This document shows positions 8,494-11,417 of a stretch of DNA of 11,417 nt, one piece after another; position 1 is the first letter of the stretch, and each line of letters opens with the position of its first letter. Source of the DNA: Candidatus Eiseniibacteriota bacterium (GTDB taxonomy: Bacteria; Eisenbacteria; RBG-16-71-46; SZUA-252); the NCBI GenBank assembly GCA_031370645.1, contig JANMQV010000176.1, forward strand, positions 1-11,417, read 5' to 3'. The position numbers and the translations under genes are program-made. The notes below the pieces were generated by a model. That model did no database searches. It worked only from the letters and a program-made list of their open reading frames with translations, and was not told the origin of the DNA.

Positions 8494-8659
8494 GCGGGAC
8501 TCACCATCACGACGAGGAGGTAAGGGCATGGGTTTCAGGTCGTTTCGGTGGGATTCGGATCGGGTTGCCTCTTCGGGGCGCTTTCGGAGTAACCTCGTCC
8601 AAGCACGGAGCGGGGAACCCCACCCGCCCAGGGCGACCGGGCTATCGCGGGTGCCTCCA

Positions 8660-9085
8660 ATGCGTCATGCCATTCCGCGAATCGCTCTCCTCGCCGCGCT
8701 GCTCGGACTTATCGGCTGCAGCCACACGGTTCGCCGCCCACTTTCCGTTGAAGCCACTGGAATCACCGATCCGCTACGGTCGCCCCATGGCGTTGAGATC
8801 CACGGCTATGCGACATCGGACGGCGTCGTGCACCGGTTCATGGGAAGGGCGAGAATGGCCGGCGACTCTCTGCAGTTCCGCTCTCGCGACGATGAGCCGA
8901 CATGGGACTCGGTTGCGCGGCGGCGCGACGTGGGCCCCGAATTCGGGTGGGTCAGCTCGCCACCGAACGTCGTGGGGCTCCGTGTGTCCCAGTTCAGTTT
9001 CTGGCGGACGGGATTGCTCGCCTTGAGCCCGGTATTGTTCTTCGCAGGAATTTTGGTGTTCGGAGGCGCGCGGGGGTGGGAGTAG
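8660..9085 (+). CDS. Hypothetical lipoprotein (141 aa) with C-terminal hydrophobic helix
   Basis: ATG 8660 gives MRHAIPRIALLAALLGLIG-C (basic n-region, h-region, lipobox LIGC). C-terminus WRTGLLALSPVLFFAGILVFGG. Tandem TAG TAG stops at 9083-9088. Alternative in-frame ATG at 8528. Confidence 0.68.
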   Translation: MRHAIPRIALLAALLGLIGCSHTVRRPLSVEATGITDPLRSPHGVEIHGYATSDGVVHRFMGRARMAGDSLQFRSRDDEPTWDSVARRRDVGPEFGWVSSPPNVVGLRVSQFSFWRTGLLALSPVLFFAGILVFGGARGWE

Positions 9086-9122
9086 TAGCCGTGTAACCAC
9101 CCGGAAGGCTCCCACTCGGCGC

Positions 9123-9152
9123 TTGCGACTGAGAGTCGCGGACCGTTACCCT
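9123..9152 (+). promoter_or_regulatory. Putative sigma70-type promoter of the sdh operon with an overlapping palindrome
   Basis: TTGCGA (9123-9128), 18-bp spacer, TACCCT (9147-9152), 9 nt upstream of ATG 9162. Inverted repeat GCGACT-gag-AGTCGC at 9125-9139. Confidence 0.45.
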
Positions 9153-9161
9153 ACCCCACCT

Positions 9162-9962
9162 ATGGCCACCGCACCCGCCACGCTCCCTCGGCGCCGGTTC
9201 CTCGAGACCGCTCGACGCGATCCCTGGTGGCTGGAGTCGTTGGCCGTTCTGCTCGTCCTCAGCGGATTTCTCGTCTACGCCACCTGGGCCGCATTCCAGA
9301 ACGCGCACTACCGGTTTGGGCCCTACATCTCCCCCTTCTACTCGCCCGAGTTCTTCGGTTCGGCGGACGCCTGGTTCGGCCCCAAGCCGGGGTGGTGGCC
9401 CGCGTTCCTCCCGTTCTCACCGGCGCTCTTGATCTTGGGGGTCCCGGCGGGATTTCGATTCACCTGCTTCTACTACCGCGGGGCCTACTACAAGGCGTTC
9501 TGGGGCGACCCGCCGTCTTGCGCGGTCGGGGAACCGCGATCGAAATACAGAGGCGAGAATTCACTGCCTCTGATTCTCCAGAACCTGCATCGCTACTTTC
9601 TCTATCTCTCGCTCGCCTTTCTCGCGGTCCTCGCGTACGACGTCTGGAAAGCGCTCTGGTTCACCGACCCCGTTACCGGTGCCACGCGGTTCGGGATGGG
9701 CGTCGGCACGATCGTGCTCGCGATCAACGTGGCCTTGCTCAGTTCCTACTCCTTCGGCTGCCACTCGTTCCGCCACCTCGCGGGCGGGCGGTACGATCGG
9801 ATGCCGAAAATCCCCGCGCTTCAAGCCTGCTACCAGTGTTCGAGCGCCCTGAATCGCCGCCATCTGCAATTCGCCTGGATGAGCCTGGTATGGGTGGCCT
9901 TCTCCGACGTCTACGTCCGGCTCTGCTCCATGGGCGTGTGGAGGGATTTCCGCCTCTTCTAG
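9162..9962 (+). CDS. sdhC: Succinate dehydrogenase/fumarate reductase membrane anchor, mycobacterial Sdh1 (Rv0249c-like) type
   Basis: Motifs YISPFYSP, GFRFTCFYYRGAYYKAFWGDPPSCAVGEP, YRGENSLPLILQNLHRYFLY, GCHSFRHLAGG, LNRRHLQFAWMSL and DVYVRL are characteristic of this family. It lies directly upstream of the flavoprotein. ATG 9162 (266 aa) preferred to TTG 9123. Confidence 0.88.
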   Translation: MATAPATLPRRRFLETARRDPWWLESLAVLLVLSGFLVYATWAAFQNAHYRFGPYISPFYSPEFFGSADAWFGPKPGWWPAFLPFSPALLILGVPAGFRFTCFYYRGAYYKAFWGDPPSCAVGEPRSKYRGENSLPLILQNLHRYFLYLSLAFLAVLAYDVWKALWFTDPVTGATRFGMGVGTIVLAINVALLSSYSFGCHSFRHLAGGRYDRMPKIPALQACYQCSSALNRRHLQFAWMSLVWVAFSDVYVRLCSMGVWRDFRLF

Positions 9963-9975
9963 GGCGCCATCGCTC

Positions 9976-11417
9976 ATGCATCCCTACGACGTTCACGAAT
10001 ACGACGTGCTGGTCATCGGCGCCGGCGGTGCCGGACTTCGCGCGGCGATCGAGGCTTCCGGTGAGGGGGTCACGGTCGGTGTTCTCTCGAAGTCGCTGCT
10101 CGGAAAAGCGCACACCGTCATGGCCGAAGGCGGGGTAGCGGCGGCGTTGTCGAACGTGGACGACCGCGATAGCTGGCGCGTCCACTTCGCCGACACCATG
10201 CGTGGTGGGCAGTACCTCAACAACTGCCGAATGGCGGAGCTCCATGCCAGGGAGGCGCCCGATCGCGTCCGCGAACTGGAAGCGTGGGGCGCTCTGTTCG
10301 ACCGGACTCCCGACGGCCGGATTCTGCAGCGGAACTTCGGCGGCCACCGCTACCCGCGCTTGGCGCACGTCGGCGACCGCACCGGCCTCGAGATGATCCG
10401 CACGCTCCAAGATCACGGGATTCACAAGGGGATCGCGTTCCACATGGAACACACCGCGATCCTCTTGCTCCGTGACGGGGAGCGAGTGGCCGGCGTGTTC
10501 GCCTACGACCGCGAGCGCGGGCGATTCAAGGTGTTTCGCGCGAAGGCGGTCGTGATGGCCACCGGCGGAATCGGCCGCGCCTTCCGCGTGACGAGCAACA
10601 GTTGGGAATACACGGGCGACGGAATCGCCCTCGCCTACGAGGCGGGCGCCGATCTCATCGATATGGAGTTCGTCCAGTTCCATCCGACCGGCATGGTCTG
10701 GCCCCCCAGCGTGCGCGGCATCCTCGTCACCGAGGGCGTGCGCGGCGAGGGCGGGGTGCTCCGGAACAAGGAGGGGCGGCGGTTCATGTTCGACGACATT
10801 CCGGCGAACTATCGCTCCCAGACCGCGGACAACGAAGAAGAAGGATGGCGCTACTGCCAGGGGGACAAGAGCGCACGGCGGCCCCCGGAGCTGCTCACCC
10901 GAGACCACGTCGCTCGGTGCATCATGCGCGAGGTGCGCGATGGGCGCGGAAGCCCGCACGGCGGCGTCTTCCTCGACATCGCCTGGATCAAAGAACGAAT
11001 CTCGAAGGCGCCGGAGCACATTCGAAAGAAACTCCCCGGCATGTACCACCAATTCAAACAACTCGCGGACATCGACATCACCGCCGAGCCGATGGAGGTG
11101 GGGCCGACGACGCACTACATGATGGGCGGCATCCGGGTGGACGCGGACTCGCAGATGACCACGCTTCCCGGGCTCTTCGCCGCGGGTGAATGCGCCGCCG
11201 GGCTTCACGGAGCGAACCGCCTGGGAGGCAACTCCCTCTCCGATCTCCTGGTCTTCGGGAAGCGAGCGGGCGAATACGCGGCGCGCTGGGCCCGGAGCCA
11301 CGACGCGGGCGCGGTGAACGACGCCCAGGTGGAGGCGTCGGCGCGGAAGACGCTCGAGCCGTTCGAGCGCCCGCAGGCGCCGGAAGTCTCTCCGTACCAG
11401 ATCCAATCCGAACTCCA
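9976..11417 (+). CDS. sdhA: Succinate dehydrogenase/fumarate reductase flavoprotein subunit (Rv0248c-like); 3'-truncated by the window and absent from the ORF track
   Basis: Translated by hand from ATG 9976: MHPYDVHEYDVLVIGAGGAGLRAAIEA...SLLGKAHTVMAEGG (FAD-linking His, codon 10111-10113)...QRNFGGHRYPRLAHVGDRTG...ATGGIG...DMEFVQFHPTG...LVTEGVRGEGG...ELLTRDHVAR...HYMMGGI...GLFAAGECAAGLHGANRLGGNSLSDLLVFG. No stop before the window end. Confidence 0.96.
   Translation, partial: MHPYDVHEYDVLVIGAGGAGLRAAIEASGEGVTVGVLSKSLLGKAHTVMAEGGVAAALSNVDDRDSWRVHFADTMRGGQYLNNCRMAELHAREAPDRVRELEAWGALFDRTPDGRILQRNFGGHRYPRLAHVGDRTGLEMIRTLQDHGIHKGIAFHMEHTAILLLRDGERVAGVFAYDRERGRFKVFRAKAVVMATGGIGRAFRVTSNSWEYTGDGIALAYEAGADLIDMEFVQFHPTGMVWPPSVRGILVTEGVRGEGGVLRNKEGRRFMFDDIPANYRSQTADNEEEGWRYCQGDKSARRPPELLTRDHVARCIMREVRDGRGSPHGGVFLDIAWIKERISKAPEHIRKKLPGMYHQFKQLADIDITAEPMEVGPTTHYMMGGIRVDADSQMTTLPGLFAAGECAAGLHGANRLGGNSLSDLLVFGKRAGEYAARWARSHDAGAVNDAQVEASARKTLEPFERPQAPEVSPYQIQSEL

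Noticed and set aside
8511..8600. Hammerhead ribozyme, known riboswitch, tRNA or mini-CRISPR in the spacer
   Set aside because: No CUGAnGA core, no recognisable aptamer consensus and no cloverleaf; the repeats are only 5 nt with no spacer structure.
9739..11406. 555-aa - strand ORF
   Set aside because: Antisense shadow of sdhA, which the track missed only because it has no stop in the window.

Overview
GC-rich bacterial chromosomal window with no mobile element, RNA gene or CRISPR array visible. From left to right it contains: (1) the 3' end of a FadE-type acyl-CoA dehydrogenase; (2) a convergent gene for a large membrane protein with a duplicated transmembrane region fused to a spermidine-synthase/SAM-methyltransferase-like domain; (3) divergently from it, a ~946-aa secreted multidomain protein with a signal peptide, two MAM/InhA-like jelly-roll domains, an Ig-like domain, an alpha/beta domain and a C-terminal FlgD-Ig/T9SS-like sorting domain, split by a frameshift at about 4705-4710; (4) an ABC ATPase and a translationally coupled multi-pass permease; (5) a small lipoprotein preceded by an unusual, possibly structured 166-nt spacer; (6) the start of a mycobacterial Sdh1-type succinate dehydrogenase operon, with an Rv0249c-like Cys/His-rich anchor and an Rv0248c-like flavoprotein that runs off the window and is missing from the ORF track. 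The FlgD/T9SS-like C-terminus plus high GC suggests an FCB-group candidate phylum such as Eisenbacteria, Latescibacteria or Krumholzibacteria (inference). All family assignments are from motif recognition, not database searches.
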